Program-made: the position numbers and the translations under genes
In this document: positions 37,762 through 51,656 of the stretch, in pieces
Layout of the letters: each line of letters begins with the position of its first letter
How positions within the stretch are numbered: position 1 is the first letter of the stretch
Assembly (NCBI RefSeq): GCF_037042905.1
Contig: NC_087250.1
Span: 16,742,001 to 16,806,000, forward strand
Direction of reading: 5' to 3'
From: Lytechinus pictus
Taxonomy: Eukaryota
Length of the DNA stretch: 64,000 nt
Notes under the pieces: model-generated
What the model saw: only the letters and a program-made list of their open reading frames with translations
Databases searched by the model: none
Told to the model about the DNA's origin: nothing

Positions 37762-39628
37762 ACTGGCCCGCTAATCCCCCGACAACTTCTCACTCCGTTC
37801 CGCTAAACTCCTTTACTTCTGCTCAGGTTGGTACCTCCTCACTGTGGTTGCATTGGATCGTAAATGAAGATGCGAGTATCGGGGAACTGTCGGCAGGGAA
37901 GACAAACAGTTGGGGTAGTCAATGATTAGCCATAATTGCTCCGAGACCCTTCATACGAGAACTCATTCAGAGTAATATTGACACAGTATTTCATGTTATA
38001 GCGCATTAAACGCAACAATCATTCGCATAGACATAATGTACAGGCGTTATATCTTTTTTTTTCAAAAGGCATTCATTTATGAACTTCACGGATAGGCATA
38101 TATAAATTATTTATCTAGGGACAGCATGACATATTAAACTTAATTCTTTCCAATGGGATCAAGATTTCCATCATTTTTTCTTAAATGAAAATGACTGATT
38201 TGCATTTAAGCCACATTTTTGTTATTAAAATGCAGTAAATCTTAATTTATCACGCCCATCAAAATGATCGTTATAATTTTTTTCCCACCTATGTTTCTTG
38301 TAAAGTGAAATGATTTGACCAACGTACATGCTACTGGCAACTGTTACAGCAGGAATTCGTTACACCCGCCCCTCCCCCAATATATATATATATATATCCT
38401 AGTTACAAGCCACACAAATATTTTTATGTCACTTAATCAGAAAAAAATATTGCTCTGAGGAATCACTGAAAATTGTTCTTATGCTATTTATGAATAATCG
38501 ATCTTACATCTAATGAGTATGCCTGTTGTGAATGTTTGTTATTTGGAGGATTTTTTCATCGTTGAAAAATAAAATTGGTGGTTGTGGGATGCCTTTGGGC
38601 GGTGCTTGTAGATGTGACTGTGGGCGTGCTTTACTTATGCATGTTATGTGATTGCAATAGTATACACATAGGAGTGGGGCTCGAGAATTGTGTGTTTGTG
38701 TGTTTGGGTGTGAAGTAGAGAAAGGGAATTGTGGTACGTGGATGTGTGTGCGTAGATGGATGGGAGTGATTGTAAGGATGGTGGGTGTGTGCGCGCGCGC
38801 ACGAGGGTGTGAGTGACAGTATATGCGGATCGAATAGGTACGTGCTGGGGAATGTGTGGGAGTGCACGTGGGGTGTTTGTGTGAGAATGGAAATGTGAGA
38901 GAGAAATAAAGATGGAGATGTGGGTGCATGTGTCCTAAGTGCAATAATTAGTTTTATGACGTTAAGAACATGAGTCTGTTATGCAGAGTATTGAGGTATG
39001 GGTTTTGTTTAAAGATTGAGTTATTTTATCCATATAAATTATCAGACTTTTGGCTTATGTTACGATACTGCATAATCCAAATATTGCACACTGGGTATAG
39101 ATCCGGGGATTTTTCTTTTTTAGTACTTTATTAGGTGGTGCTGTTCAGAGTTGATGTGGCAATTTTTTCATTTTTTAATATTATCTTTGAACAGCAAGAT
39201 ATGCGAAAATATGGCAAATTCTGTCGCTAAAAGGAGACTTACGATAAATTCGTGGTAATCAGTTGCATAATGAGCCTAACATTTTGAGGGGCTAAATATA
39301 GCGTCTGGGGCAAAACTGCTAAAAGGCTGCAAGTAAGCGAAGCGAGGTAGCAAAGTGTTGGACCATCTTAAAGGACAAGTCCACCCCAACAAAAAGTTGA
39401 TTTGAATAAAAAGAGGAAAATCCAACAAGCATAACACTGAAAACTTGATTAAAATCGGATGTAAAATAAGAAAGTTATGACATTTTAAAGTTTCACTTAA
39501 TTTCACAAAACAGTTATATGCACATCCTAGTCGGTATGTTAATGAGGAGACTGATGACGTCATCCACTATTTCTTTTGTATTTTATTAAATGAAATATTA
39601 TAAGTTCCTCCTCGTTGTCAAGTGAAAC

Positions 39629-39937
39629 CATAGGCGGCGGAAGCGGGGGGGGGACAGGTCCCCAAAAAAATTCGAGGTGGGGGGGGGGGGACGGTCTCCC
39701 CCTACATTTTTAGCTGACAACTTTTTTTTTTTTTTTTTTTGTCAATTTTGTTTCCTGCGTCCCCTCCTTAATTCTGGTGGCCCCCCCTTAAAATGACTCT
39801 TGTCCCCCCCCCCTAAAATTTAGGTTGATGACCTTTTTTTTTTTCTATTTTTTTTTTGCTTGTCAAATATTTTATACATGTCCATCACAAAATTTCAGGT
39901 AGACCCCCCCTAATTTTTTTGGCTTCCGCCGCCAATG
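39629..39937. mobile_element. hAT-like MITE nested in the Kolobok-like copy at 39372-40281
   Basis: CATAGGCGGCGGAAGC...GCTTCCGCCGCCAATG with exact 8-bp TSD AGTGAAAC. Confidence 0.85.
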
Positions 39938-41752
39938 AGTGAAACAACTATTAATTCCTCCCTGAGCATGTGGAACTAGTACTGTTTAATACTATATGGA
40001 ACAGTCAAGTTGGTCCTTATTGTCAAATCTGTAAAAAATGAAATATTGTATCATTCAAACAATAAAAACAAAAGAAATAGTGAGTGAGAGACATCATCAT
40101 CTGTCTCATTTCCATGTCAGTGATTTGTGCATATGCACTATTTTGTGAAAAATAAGCGAAATTTTAAAATATCATAACTTTCCTATTTTACATCCGATTT
40201 TGATGAAATTTTCAGCGTTATGCTAGTTTGATTTTTCTCTTTTTATTCAAATCAACATTTTTTCTGGCTTGGACTTGACCTTTAATGAAAAACAAAATAT
40301 TAGGATAGTTTTTTTTTTTTTTTTACGAAAATGTTATCACACATCACCTTTTTCCGTTCCTGTTTGTATTTTCTTTGGCCCCTCAGTCGTGAAACTTTTA
40401 AGGGGAGGGGTCCGTGCCCTCGAGCCCCCCCCCCCCCTCATCCTCATGTAGGCCAGTTTTGTCAATGGGTACATTTACTTGAACAACTGTGTCCATTCAT
40501 CATTATGATGACAACAATATGTTATATTCCTCGTCAAGTGCCCAGCACTGAATTGGTCATTAATCATCATTCGGTGTGGTAGCGTGTGACGACGTAACTG
40601 AACATGAACTCTCATTCGTAAATGGATTACTTATAGAAAGGGTCTAATGATTTCTTTGTGAACATGATGTGAACACCCACTCGCAAAAACACCACACCGT
40701 AAAAACTGGTGGGAGGGCCCAGGTAGCGTCCTTAGAGGACACACCAGAGTGTAGAAGTAACATTCAACGGTGCTGTAGTAACACCCAAATGTGTTCGACA
40801 GTATACACCGAAGTAAAATGACACTATCAGTCAATTGGTAGTGAGAGAGTTAGGGAGGCACCATTAGATACCCGGGGGGCTGGAAGGTTGGCTTGATGCA
40901 AAAAAAATATCCTTTCTTCTTTAAGGATTTTTTTTATTGCTTACCCCATTGAGACAAGTTTTTTTTTTTTCACTGATTGTGAGTCAATTTTTTGTTTAAG
41001 TCTTATCGCAAGTCATTTTTTTTTTTTGGGGGGGAGGGGGACTTCCTGCCCCCCTGGATATCTAATGGTGCGTCCCATAGGCTAGTCATAACTTTTTCCA
41101 GAGTTTAGATACAGCAGCATCACTAGAAAAAACATAAATTGAAGATGAATTTGAATGCATTGTATGAATTAATAAAGCATGAAGATTTTGAGCATATGAT
41201 GGGCTGTTAGAAGTTTCATACCACTGTATACATGGTGTGTAATATACATGTATAATAATAATTATTATTATATGCAAAAAAATTTAGCGCTTAATACAAT
41301 GTTTCTAATCGCTGTATTATTATTACCTCGGCTTTAGCACGGCTACTCTTATCGGGAACTCGAGCAATTAAGGATTTTTTTTCTTACCGGGTAGGCCTAC
41401 CTATTTACTGCTCCTGGGTGAAGAGTGTCAAATGTAGATAAACGCCTTTCCAAAGGACGCGAGTGCTGCAGTGGAATTCGAACCCCTGACCTTGTGGTTC
41501 AAATTCCAGAGATTTATCCACTGAGCGACAATATAATTGTTAGTGACGCAGACTGATTGAAAATTTCTGTCTTTCTGTTTTTAGAGTATAAGCTTATGGA
41601 GTTTAAACCATTGTTCAAAATTATGTTATTGTCTTCGATAAAACATTTTGTTTACATAAATGCCATCATATAGTTTCCAGCACTTAGCATCCGTATGACT
41701 GATATTGAATTTGGGTTTGCATGTGTCTTTTTTAAGGTTAAGGTCCCATATA

Positions 41753-41941
41753 CAGGGGCCGCGGAAGCGGTGGGGGGCTAAGGGGCTTCAGCCCCCCCCC
41801 CCCCCCTCCCCCACTTTTTTCCAAAACCGTGTACAAAAACGTAAAAATGACCATATGATTGTGATTTATTGCATGTACAGCCCCCAACTTTTGGCTCAGC
41901 CCCCCCCCCCCCCCACTTTGAAAACCGTTTCGCGGCCCCTG
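41753..41941. mobile_element. GC-rich-ended MITE
   Basis: CAGGGGCCGCGGAAGCGG...CCGTTTCGCGGCCCCTG. Confidence 0.65.
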
Positions 41942-44900
41942 CATGTATTTTATTGTGCTCCTGGCTTCATTCGTAAATGCAGCTAGGGTGAATCATTTTT
42001 TTTTTCTTATAGTAATAACAATTGAGTGTTTGTTTTCTGAATCAAGTATTTTTTGTTTAAACAAATCAGTGTACATATCCTTTCAAAGAGTCAACACTTG
42101 ACATAAAATGATTGAGTGCGAATGGGTCAAATTTGATGGAAATTTATGTACCAATTTATACTCTTTAGAGGCGGTGTATAGCAGAGACTGCTCTTCGAAT
42201 GTTTTGAGAGCATTTGCAAAAATGTTCCACTACCAAAAGTATTGTATTCCTGATTTTCAACAGTAGAGTCATCCATTGCTATGTTGTACTGTAAAAGCGC
42301 TATGGGCATGTTCCATTCAAGGATGTTTCATTTTTCATAGAAAAAATGTATGGATATACCTAGGGGTGTACGTATGTTTGTATGTATGTGTGTATGTATA
42401 CTGTATTAATGTAGTACATTCGACGATATATACCTAAACTATCCCTTTTTCTAAAATGTATAGTTCGTTGTTTTATTACAATATGGGGGTAATTCACGGG
42501 TGAACATTGATGTTTATTCGATTAATGGTTTCCCAGTACGTTAATTTGATTTTGTTTTATGAAGGTTTGTTTATCGTGATCCATGTATTCATTGTAAATG
42601 AATACATGAATTTGAATAATATTCAGGCCTACTGAAAATTTGTATCTGCCAATCCATCCCCTTTGAACAAGGATTAAAATATATGAGGTTAAAGCATAGA
42701 GCTATTATGGTTAAAGCCTTTTTTCCCCCTAGTTACATGAAAATGCTCGTCGGAAAATTATGTGTTTTTTTTGTATGACACATCATGAATTATTCGATAA
42801 AAAAATTTAAACCGAAATATTAACAAACTGTAAACAAATTTACAGTTGAAAGGGGAAAATGCCAAGAATTTTGCCAATTATTGAGCCAATCTTGCATGTC
42901 TTGAGCAATACAAACCAAGGTCCAACAAATAGACAAAAATAAGTGCCCAATCTTTATTTTATTTTCTTCCATTTCAGTGTATAACCTACCCGACTTACCA
43001 GGGTATTTTCTACCAATGATTAAAGGACAAGTCCACCGCAGCAAAAAGTTGATTTGAATAATTAAAAAAAAACATAACACTGAAAATTTCATCTAAATCG
43101 GGTGTAAAATAGTACAGTTATGACTTTTTTTTTATTTCGCTTAATTTCACATACCAGTTATATGCATATTCTGGTTGGTAATGAAATGAGGGGACTGATG
43201 ACGTCGTCCACTCACAATTTCTTTTGTATCATTATATGAGATATGAAGGATTTTATTTTTCTCCTCATAGTCCGGGAAAACAAAGTTTTATTTCTCACTG
43301 AATATGTAGAATTACCATGGTTGTAACATATTATGGTTCAGTCAAGTTGGTCCTTACTGTCAAATATGTAAAGATTCAAATCTCATATAATTCAAGTTAG
43401 TAAAAAAATAGTGAGGGACACCATCGACTATTTCGTTTGCATGCCATTGAAAGTTGTGCATATAACTGTTTTGTGAAAAAAATATGTGATCCTTTAAAAT
43501 GTCATAACTGCATTATTTACATCCGATTTTGATAACATTTTTAGCGTTGTGCTAGTGTGATTTTTCTCTATTTGATTAAAACAACTTTTTTTTCTGGGGT
43601 GAACGGTTTAATCGACTTCGGAAAGCGAAATTTTTATTTTTTCAAAATTCGACGATTGAAATTTAGAATATATGTATGTATAGACATACACTTTGAATCA
43701 TTGGGATGATATCTAAAAATTAAACGAAATCAGCTACAGTTAATAACAAGTCGAATTCTGGATAAATAAGTAAATTTAAAATGTTTCTTAACTTCACTCT
43801 TGAATTATTCACATTCATACCAATTGCATCGGTCATGTTTACCACTTTGGAAAATTAAAATTGATTTAATTTTAATTAAAATCACATCTTTGAATTTCTT
43901 AAAACAGACGATACAATAAAGGAAAACTGGAAAATGATTATCAGTGTCAATGAGAAGAAATATAATAAGTTTAATATTATTGAAGGATTACTCAAACTGT
44001 GCTGAAAAAAAATGATGACAACTTACTTCACTCAGATGGAAACCGGCCACTGGGCCCCCTTTTCAGAAAATTTGTCATTAATGTCAAACACAGAAATCAG
44101 TTCCATTAGTTTGCTGTCACCCAATGAAAAACACAATTTCCGGAGCTTGTAACAGATATCATCTTATTTTGGTTATACAAGTAATGAAGTATCTTGGAAC
44201 TTGTATCCGTGTAGCTACTTGTCTGCTTCAAATGTGTTGGAGTACGTGAGACGACACACTTTAACAGATAGACCCAGACCGCGTCGTGAATGGACGACAT
44301 TCACTCTGGCACTCTAATAAGTTATTATCAATCTGGCAGAACCGAATATCGATATCAAATGCAATCGGTGTTTAATGTTACATGGAGGAGCGTATCCAAA
44401 GTTGATATCTATACGTCACACGAGACAGAGCGTCTATCCCACGACCAAAATGACCATATAATTTAACCACTCTAAATTCGGCACAGCTATCGCAAGTTCT
44501 ATTTAACCAGCGGCAACCTCATAAGACATTACTATATCAATTATGTCGTTTGTTTGGTTGGGGTTTTAAATAGATGTACGCATGCGCAGTGGTAAGTTTA
44601 TCGGACAAATTGTTTTAATGAATGATTATAAGACAAATGCAACGGGGGAATTGTGTATAGAAACGACATCGGGTTTTTTGTTTCATTTGAATCATATGCA
44701 AGGGAGCAAGGTGGACAAAGTGTTCGTCCAAGGACTTTCAATATGATCCCTAATACCTCAGTCACATTTGCTCTACGGGAGTTGAAAACAGCCGTTTTAA
44801 CTTTTTTTGTACCAGCTACATATTGGTGGTTTGCACAAAAAAGAATAAACGGCTGTTTTTGACTTGCCGTACGACCGCCGTAGACCAAATGTAACTGCGG

Positions 44901-45504
44901 TATAAGTGATCGTCTTTCGATATCAGGGTGTCATAAACAAGACATTTTTGCATGGTTTTCCCATCATATTTTAATGTTCCAAAATATTCTAATTTCACGA
45001 ATTAGGGTGAAATGTATACCGCACATGAGTACATTCTTTTTTTAAGTATTAAATTAATATTCTACACAAAAGGGGCACATTGTGAGTGACAACGAGAGTC
45101 AATACCTTTATTATTATTTTGTTTTATTTTTGTCTGTTTATTTTTTATCCATGATTATTAATTTCTATTTATAATTTTTATATATTAATTTATTTATATA
45201 TTTATTCATTTATTATCTATTTGTTTGTTCATTTATTTGTTCTTATTTTCATTCTGTGATTGTTATTATTACTATTTTTCTTTGGGGGAGGAACTGGAGT
45301 TGGGACATTTTCATTGATTGGAATGGAGTCATCCAAATATTCCCAGAAGCGTCACTCAGGGGGAGGGGGCAGGGAGCGATCCTTCCCGTATGATTGTTCA
45401 TTTCATGAAGCGAAGAACAGGAAAATGGAACAAGAAGGGGACAACGTGATAATGAAGGACATGAAGGAAGGTGAAATAAAAACTTTTAAAACGAAATGGT
45501 CTTA

Positions 45505-45666
45505 TACCTTGGTCACATTTGCTCTACGGCGGCCGTACGGCGAGTCGAAAACAGCCGTTTTAACACTTTTTGTACCAACTATAAATAGGTGGTTTGAATT
45601 AAAATTAATAAAACGGCTGTTTTCGACTCGCCGTACGGCCGCCGTAGAGCAAATGTGACCAAGGTA
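45505..45666. mobile_element. Small palindromic MITE; degenerate copy at about 44754-44901
   Basis: About 60-bp perfect TIRs TACCTTGGTCACATTTGCTCTACGGCGGCCG... Confidence 0.8.
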
Positions 45667-46182
45667 TTAGCCATGTGAATTTGTGGTAATTCCTACAATT
45701 CAATTGATAATGAAAATGACGTCGCATATTATGAATAGATAACGATATGAATAAATAAATATATGAATAAATAATAAATAAATAATAAAATAAAATGGAA
45801 TAAAATATTTACCCGAAAAAAAATTGAAAAGAACAATCCCGGCGCCGCCTCTGAATTCTTTACATGAAGCCGATCGCTGGATTCTGCCATCTCATCTTCT
45901 GACCGAGCTGCAAGTGTTAATGGTAACAAATTAACTATCATCAAAAGCTGGCGCTATACGCTTATTCCTGTTCTTGGTCTCACAGGCCTAATTCATTCCC
46001 CCATAGACTCGTGTGTTAAATTGGCACTTTAAAAAATTCATAAAAAATAAGGATGAAATTCGGGGGTCGAATGTTTACTACCAGTGGATAGGATATATAT
46101 CTGGCAATCCATATCTGACCAGAAAAGGGTCCCTCGACCGGCTCATTTTAAAAATAAATTGGCGTGTTTGAAGACACCGTCG

Positions 46183-48802
46183 CACAACTGCTGGCTAGCG
46201 ACCGACGGATTTCCATTCTCAGCCGTTCTCTGATTGGTCAGTTAAGACAGTGCGGTGTCTGTGTGTTCCGTATGTGCCATGCGAAACGTGCTGTACATGT
46301 GTTCACTGGTCGTGTGGGCATAGAGTAGATACCCAGTCGTTTTATTGATTTTAACCTTACAATAACAACGATCAGGGATGGGTTTATTTTGTTGCTGTGT
46401 GTGCAGCGCATGTGAAGGATAGAAGTTTTTTACAGCTCTTAATTAACTGACTCTCTTTCCAAGCTAAAAAATTATAATGATAATTGCTACATTCCAATTG
46501 TGTGATTTGTTTGTTTTAGAAAAGGTCTTTTATTTTTTCCTGTCTATTAATTCTCCCATTATTTAAGAGTCTTCACTTGTGTTTCATTACATTATACAAT
46601 GTCCACTGTAATGAAAATGGAAACATGCCAGTCAATGGACAGTATTATAAAAAATGGAAACATGCCAGTCAATGGACGGTATTGGGTTTCGCATGGCACA
46701 TACACACACGGAACACACAGACACCGCACTATCTTAACTGACCAATCAGAGAACGGCTGAGAATGGAAACCCGTCGGTCGCTAGCCAGCAGTGTCGCACT
46801 GTGGGCCAGAAAGAACCCAAAGTGCGCCAAAACCCATTATTCACACATTTGTACGATTACATTTGGTAGATAGGGGTAATTTCACCCGTAGAATTCAATA
46901 AAAGTATTTTCAAATATTGATGACGTCGTTAAAATACTGTTTTCTGACTGGCTGTTAACATTTGAGCAGAAATTACATGTTTCTAATTCTACAATAAGTT
47001 TCAAATTTTCAGAAACTAGTGTTAGATAAATTTCATCAATAATTAAGCATATTAGCAAACAGCAAACACACAAACAGGCAACCAAACCAGAAAAGTCTGT
47101 GCTCGGGGTACAAAAATTAATAATTCAATTGGTGACTTGAGTATCGCTTGAAGAGGGCGCCCTACCATGAATCCGGAATTGTAAAATGCAAAGTGAGATT
47201 GTAAAAAAAAGGAAAAGGAGTATTTTAATTCCCTGGGTACATTGATTAGCCACACCTACATGAATTAAAATGGATTGATACCAGAAGTGGACAGTGAATC
47301 TTTAAAATAATGATTCCAGTGATAAATAATAGAGACCAGGTCCTCTGCAGGTTAATCATGCAGTACAAGGCCCTACAAGGCCTACCTTATTCCGAATCAG
47401 AGTCTCTCTCTACTATCTCACCAACTATTATGTGTTTGGTGAGAGGATCTTTTAGCACACTTTGAACATCAGGGGGAAGAGGCTGTGATTGTTGTACTCT
47501 TAAAAACTTGCTACTAATCACAAATGTCACCTGTTACCATACGCCTGTGGAATATATATAAAGTCAATGAGAATCATAAACCAAACAATCCTTGAAACGA
47601 TAATATACACTTCCTTCTTGATCGATACTAACAGTTATAGCAAACTTAGAATGAGCCAAGAGATAAACGAATTCAAACGTGTATGTAAAGTTACAACCCC
47701 CCCCCTTTTTTTTTTTTGGGGGGGGGTAATACTAATAATGATAATGCAACTTATACATGTAATAGAGCCCACGTATATCCCATCTCTGTCCTATACACAT
47801 TTTCATATTTTGTCAGAAAACTGTGAGAGACCTATCACATCCCTAGTCATGTGTGTTATAGCGATATACAGTAGCCCATACTTGGTTTATGAACAACAAA
47901 ACAAATATATAATCTTACCCGGGAATCTTACCTTAAGAATTAATCTTCTCAGGATGACAGCATATCATATAGGGAACACGGGATGGAACAGTTTGCATCA
48001 AAACAAAGTTGTGTTACATGTATTATTATATAGTCAGTGGAATTGGAAATGAAAGCTTGCCTTTACGTATGTTTTAACGAAAATATTTTAAAGGCAGACA
48101 CCAGTCACAAGAGCCAGACACTTAAACCAGATACCCCCCCCCCCCTCTCTCTCTCTCTCTCCCAGAACGCGACGGGGAGTTTGTTTAATGTCACCCGCAA
48201 CGTTCGGCATGCACGCGCATAATGGGACACTAACTTGGAACGATTTTTGTGATAAATACGGCGAACATGTGGTTGGAAAATTGGTTATATCTCCAGAAAA
48301 TGCACGTATATGCAGCTAAATTTGGTATCAGTGTAAAGCATGAACTTAAACAAAGACCGTCATGGTATTTACAGCGCAGCAATCGGCAGCAATTTGTAAA
48401 AGAAATGCTCATGAAAAAATAAATGCTAAAACCGCCCCATTGTCAAATGGTTTCGTCCAAAATTGCCTCTGAAGGGATTATCATTTTATCTTAAAAATGT
48501 TTGATCACTTAAAACAATTATTCATCAAAGATCACCGTGAATTACAATGAAATTGAGCAATCTGTTTTGTTAAAACAGTGAAATATCTAAAAACGTGTCA
48601 TTTACACTTCCGGTAGCCGTAAAGAGTCATTTTCGGGTAATACTGAATAAAAATGGGCAACAAATAATCAAGTTAATGGAAAAATATTGTACGGAGGCAT
48701 TCTACAGGTTCTTATCTTTGCTTAGAACATTAAAAAAACAAAATTTGTTTCATGACCAAAAACCAGTTTTGGCGCACTTTTGCTATCTCCTGTCCCACTG
48801 TG
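46183..48802. mobile_element. Non-autonomous Transib/RAG-like DNA transposon (core about 2 kb) with RSS-like TIRs
   Basis: Ends CAC(A/T)GTGGGCCAGAAAGAACCCAAAGTGCGCCAAAA and CACAGTGGGACAGGAGATAGCAAAAGTGCGCCAAAA; 5-bp TSD CGTCG at 46178-46182 and 48803-48807; empty site at about 50182. Confidence 0.8.
46187..46792. mobile_element. MITE with about 100-bp TIRs inserted in the left end of the Transib-like element
   Basis: ACTGCTGGCTAGCGACCGACGG...CCGTCGGTCGCTAGCCAGCAGT; flanks gtcgcaca/gtcgcact (8-bp TSD with 1 mismatch). Confidence 0.8.
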
Positions 48803-49981
48803 CGTCGGGGGGAGCAGATTCATCACCTCAAACAGCAAAATAGCCCTAATCCTTCCGCCAGTCAAAATATAGTCCAAAATTGGTGATATTTCTTCCCAAT
48901 TTGGGAAAAGGAAGTTCAGTAATTACCAAAAATAGAATCAGTGTTAGATGGACAATCATATGCATACAATTTGTCAATCAGCCATATCAAAATTTAAAAA
49001 ATGGCAATGGGTTGGCTCGAATGAATATCTCTTGCTTTCCCAATGTTAATAGGCCCGTGTAGCCTGTAATATCTCACGTGTATTTCTTTTTTATTATTTC
49101 AGCCTCCTTGCTATTCCTTTACACCTCCATACTGACATTATAACAAAAAATTGCACCAATAATCCCAATGTATTTGGTAATGACTCATTTAATGGAGCCC
49201 ATAAATGTACATGTTTATATGTGTTTTACACAATCCTTACTGTATCCCCATAAATGAATGCAATGTACAAGCAGATATACTTAGCAACATGGAGGTATAA
49301 AGATGTATAATTTTTGATCATAACTGGGTGCTAGAGGACCCAAGGCAATGTCCTTCATCATACTTAAATAATTTGCAAATGAATAATAAGAAAACAATAA
49401 AGCAATGTGTACTGTATGCATGCTTTAAACATTTGTCTTTTCTTTTGCAGTTAATGTGCATTATATTAATATGGAGAGAGAATGAGAAAGAAATATGAGA
49501 GAGAGAGAGAGAGTATTAAATATTAATATATACCCCCCCCCCCTCTCTCTCACCCCATCCCCTCTTTCTCTACAATATCATATTGTAGAGAAAGAGGGGA
49601 TGGGGTGAGAGAGAGAGAGGGGGGGGGTGAAACTGGATGAATGGATAGATGGATCAGTTACTTACCTGCTTACTGCCTGCTTAGCCCAATTCTCCCACTT
49701 TACTGCATCTCCTGATGATTTAAATGTGGATATTAGTGAAAATTAAGTATTTTTGACAAGTTTTAGTACATATTTCATCGACTTACTGAAAACTGAGATT
49801 TTCCCCTATTTTGGATTACAGGGGAGCGTTTCATCAATATTTTCACCCGACAAGTTTTCAGATCTGACATCTTTCTATGATTTTGATTGGCAGAGAGGCA
49901 CTGTTTCTATGGTTACTGTCGGATAAAATGGGACTTGTCGGATAAAGCGTCTGACAAGTCCTTTCATGAAACGCCCCCCAA

Positions 49982-50444
49982 GTCTCACAGGCCTAATTCA
50001 TTCCCCATAGACTCGTGTGTTAAATTGGCACTTTAAAAAATTCATAAAAAATAAGGATGAAATTCGGGGGTCGAATGTTTACTACCAGTGGATAGGATAT
50101 ATATCTGGCAATCCATATCTGACCAGAAAAGGGTCCCTCGGCCTGCTCATTTTAAAAATAAATTGGCGTGTTTGAAGACACCGTCGGGGGGAGCAGATTC
50201 ATCACCTCAAACAGCAAAATAGCCCTAATCCTTCCGCCAGTCAAAATATAGTCCAAAATTGGTGATATTTCTTCCCAATTTGGGAAAAGGAAGTTCAGTA
50301 ATTACCAAAAATAGAATCAGTGTTAGATGGACAATCATATGCATACAATTTGTCAATCAGCCATATCAAAATAAAAAAAATAGCAATGGGTTGGCTCGAA
50401 TGAATATCTCTTGCTTTCCCAATGTTAATAGGCCCGTGTAGCCT
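49982..50444. mobile_element. About 460-bp repeat, intact copy
   Basis: Colinear with both halves of the interrupted copy; single CGTCG at the junction. Confidence 0.8.
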
Positions 50445-50647
50445 TGGTCGGAAATTGGAAAGTGTAAATTTATACGCCTGGCGTTTTACTGTTGTCAAGT
50501 TCAACGTGGTAGACCATCGAGTTTTGTACCGTTATTGCAACCATGCACAAAATTCGATTAGATGGATCATGTTTTTGTACACGTTACTCGAAAAAGGTGG
50601 GAGAGCACTAACCCCCCCCCCTCCAGATTCCACGACCCCTGGTGTTC

Positions 50648-50795
50648 GTAGTAGTAGTTGTTGTTGTAGTAGCAGTAGTAGAAGTAGTAGTAGTGGTAAT
50701 AGTAGTGGTAGTAGTAGTAGTAGTAGTAGAAGAAGTAGAAGTAGTAGTAGAAGTAGTAGTAGTAGCAGTAGAAGAAGTAATAGTAGTGGTAGTGA

Positions 50796-50860
<65 letters not shown>

Positions 50861-50964
50861 TAGTAGTATAGTAGTAGTAGTAGTAGTACTAGTACATGTA
50901 GTAGTAGTAGTAGTACTACTAGTAGAAGTAGTAGCAGTAGAATAAGTAATAGTAGTAGTAGTGA

Positions 50965-51017
<53 letters not shown>

Positions 51018-51292
51018 GTATAGTAGTATAGTAGTAGTAGTAGTACTAGTACATGTAGTAGTAGTAGTACTACTACTACTACTACTACTAGTAGTAGTAG
51101 TAGTAAGAGTAGTGGTAGTAGTAGTACTACTACTACTACTAGTAGTAGTAGTAGTAGTAGTTGTATAGTCGTCGTAGTATTAGTAGTAGTAGTCGTAGTA
51201 TTATTATCATTAGTAGTAGTAGTAGTAGTAATGGTAGTAGTGTAGTAGTAGTAGTAAGAGTAGTGGTAGTAGTAGTATAGTAGTAGTAGTAA

Positions 51293-51345
<53 letters not shown>

Positions 51346-51609
51346 ATAGTAGTAGTAGTAGTAGCAGCAGCAGCAGTAGTGGTAGTAGTAGTAATAGTAG
51401 TGGTAGTAGTAGTAGTAGTAGTAGTAGGAGTAGTAGTAGTAATAGTAGTAGTGGTAGTAGTGGTAGTAGTAGTAGTAGTTGTATAGTAGTAGTAGTAGTA
51501 ATAGTGGTAGTAGTAGTAGTAGTAGTAGTATTAGTATTAGTAGTAGTAAGAGTAGTGGTAGTAGTAGTAGTAGAAATACTACTAGTAGTAGTAGTAGTAG
51601 TAGTAATAA

Positions 51610-51656
<47 letters not shown>

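Larger units (their letters stand above)
45977..49065. mobile_element. About 460-bp repeat, interrupted copy (45977-46182 plus 48803-49065)
   Basis: Near-identical to 49982-50444; imperfect terminal inverted repeat CACAGGCCTAAT/AATAGGCCCGTG. Confidence 0.8.

Noticed and set aside
38510..38944. His/Thr/Pro-rich ORFs
   Set aside because: They are the antisense of GT-rich low-complexity sequence.
46804..48780. RAG1/Transib coding remnants inside the RSS-ended element
   Set aside because: Only short ORFs with no catalytic or zinc-finger motifs that I can recognise; tBLASTn would be needed.
48880..50441. Two near-identical 60-aa ORFs (MVIFLPNLGKG...)
   Set aside because: They lie in the duplicated 460-bp repeat, start at TTG and have no recognisable domain.
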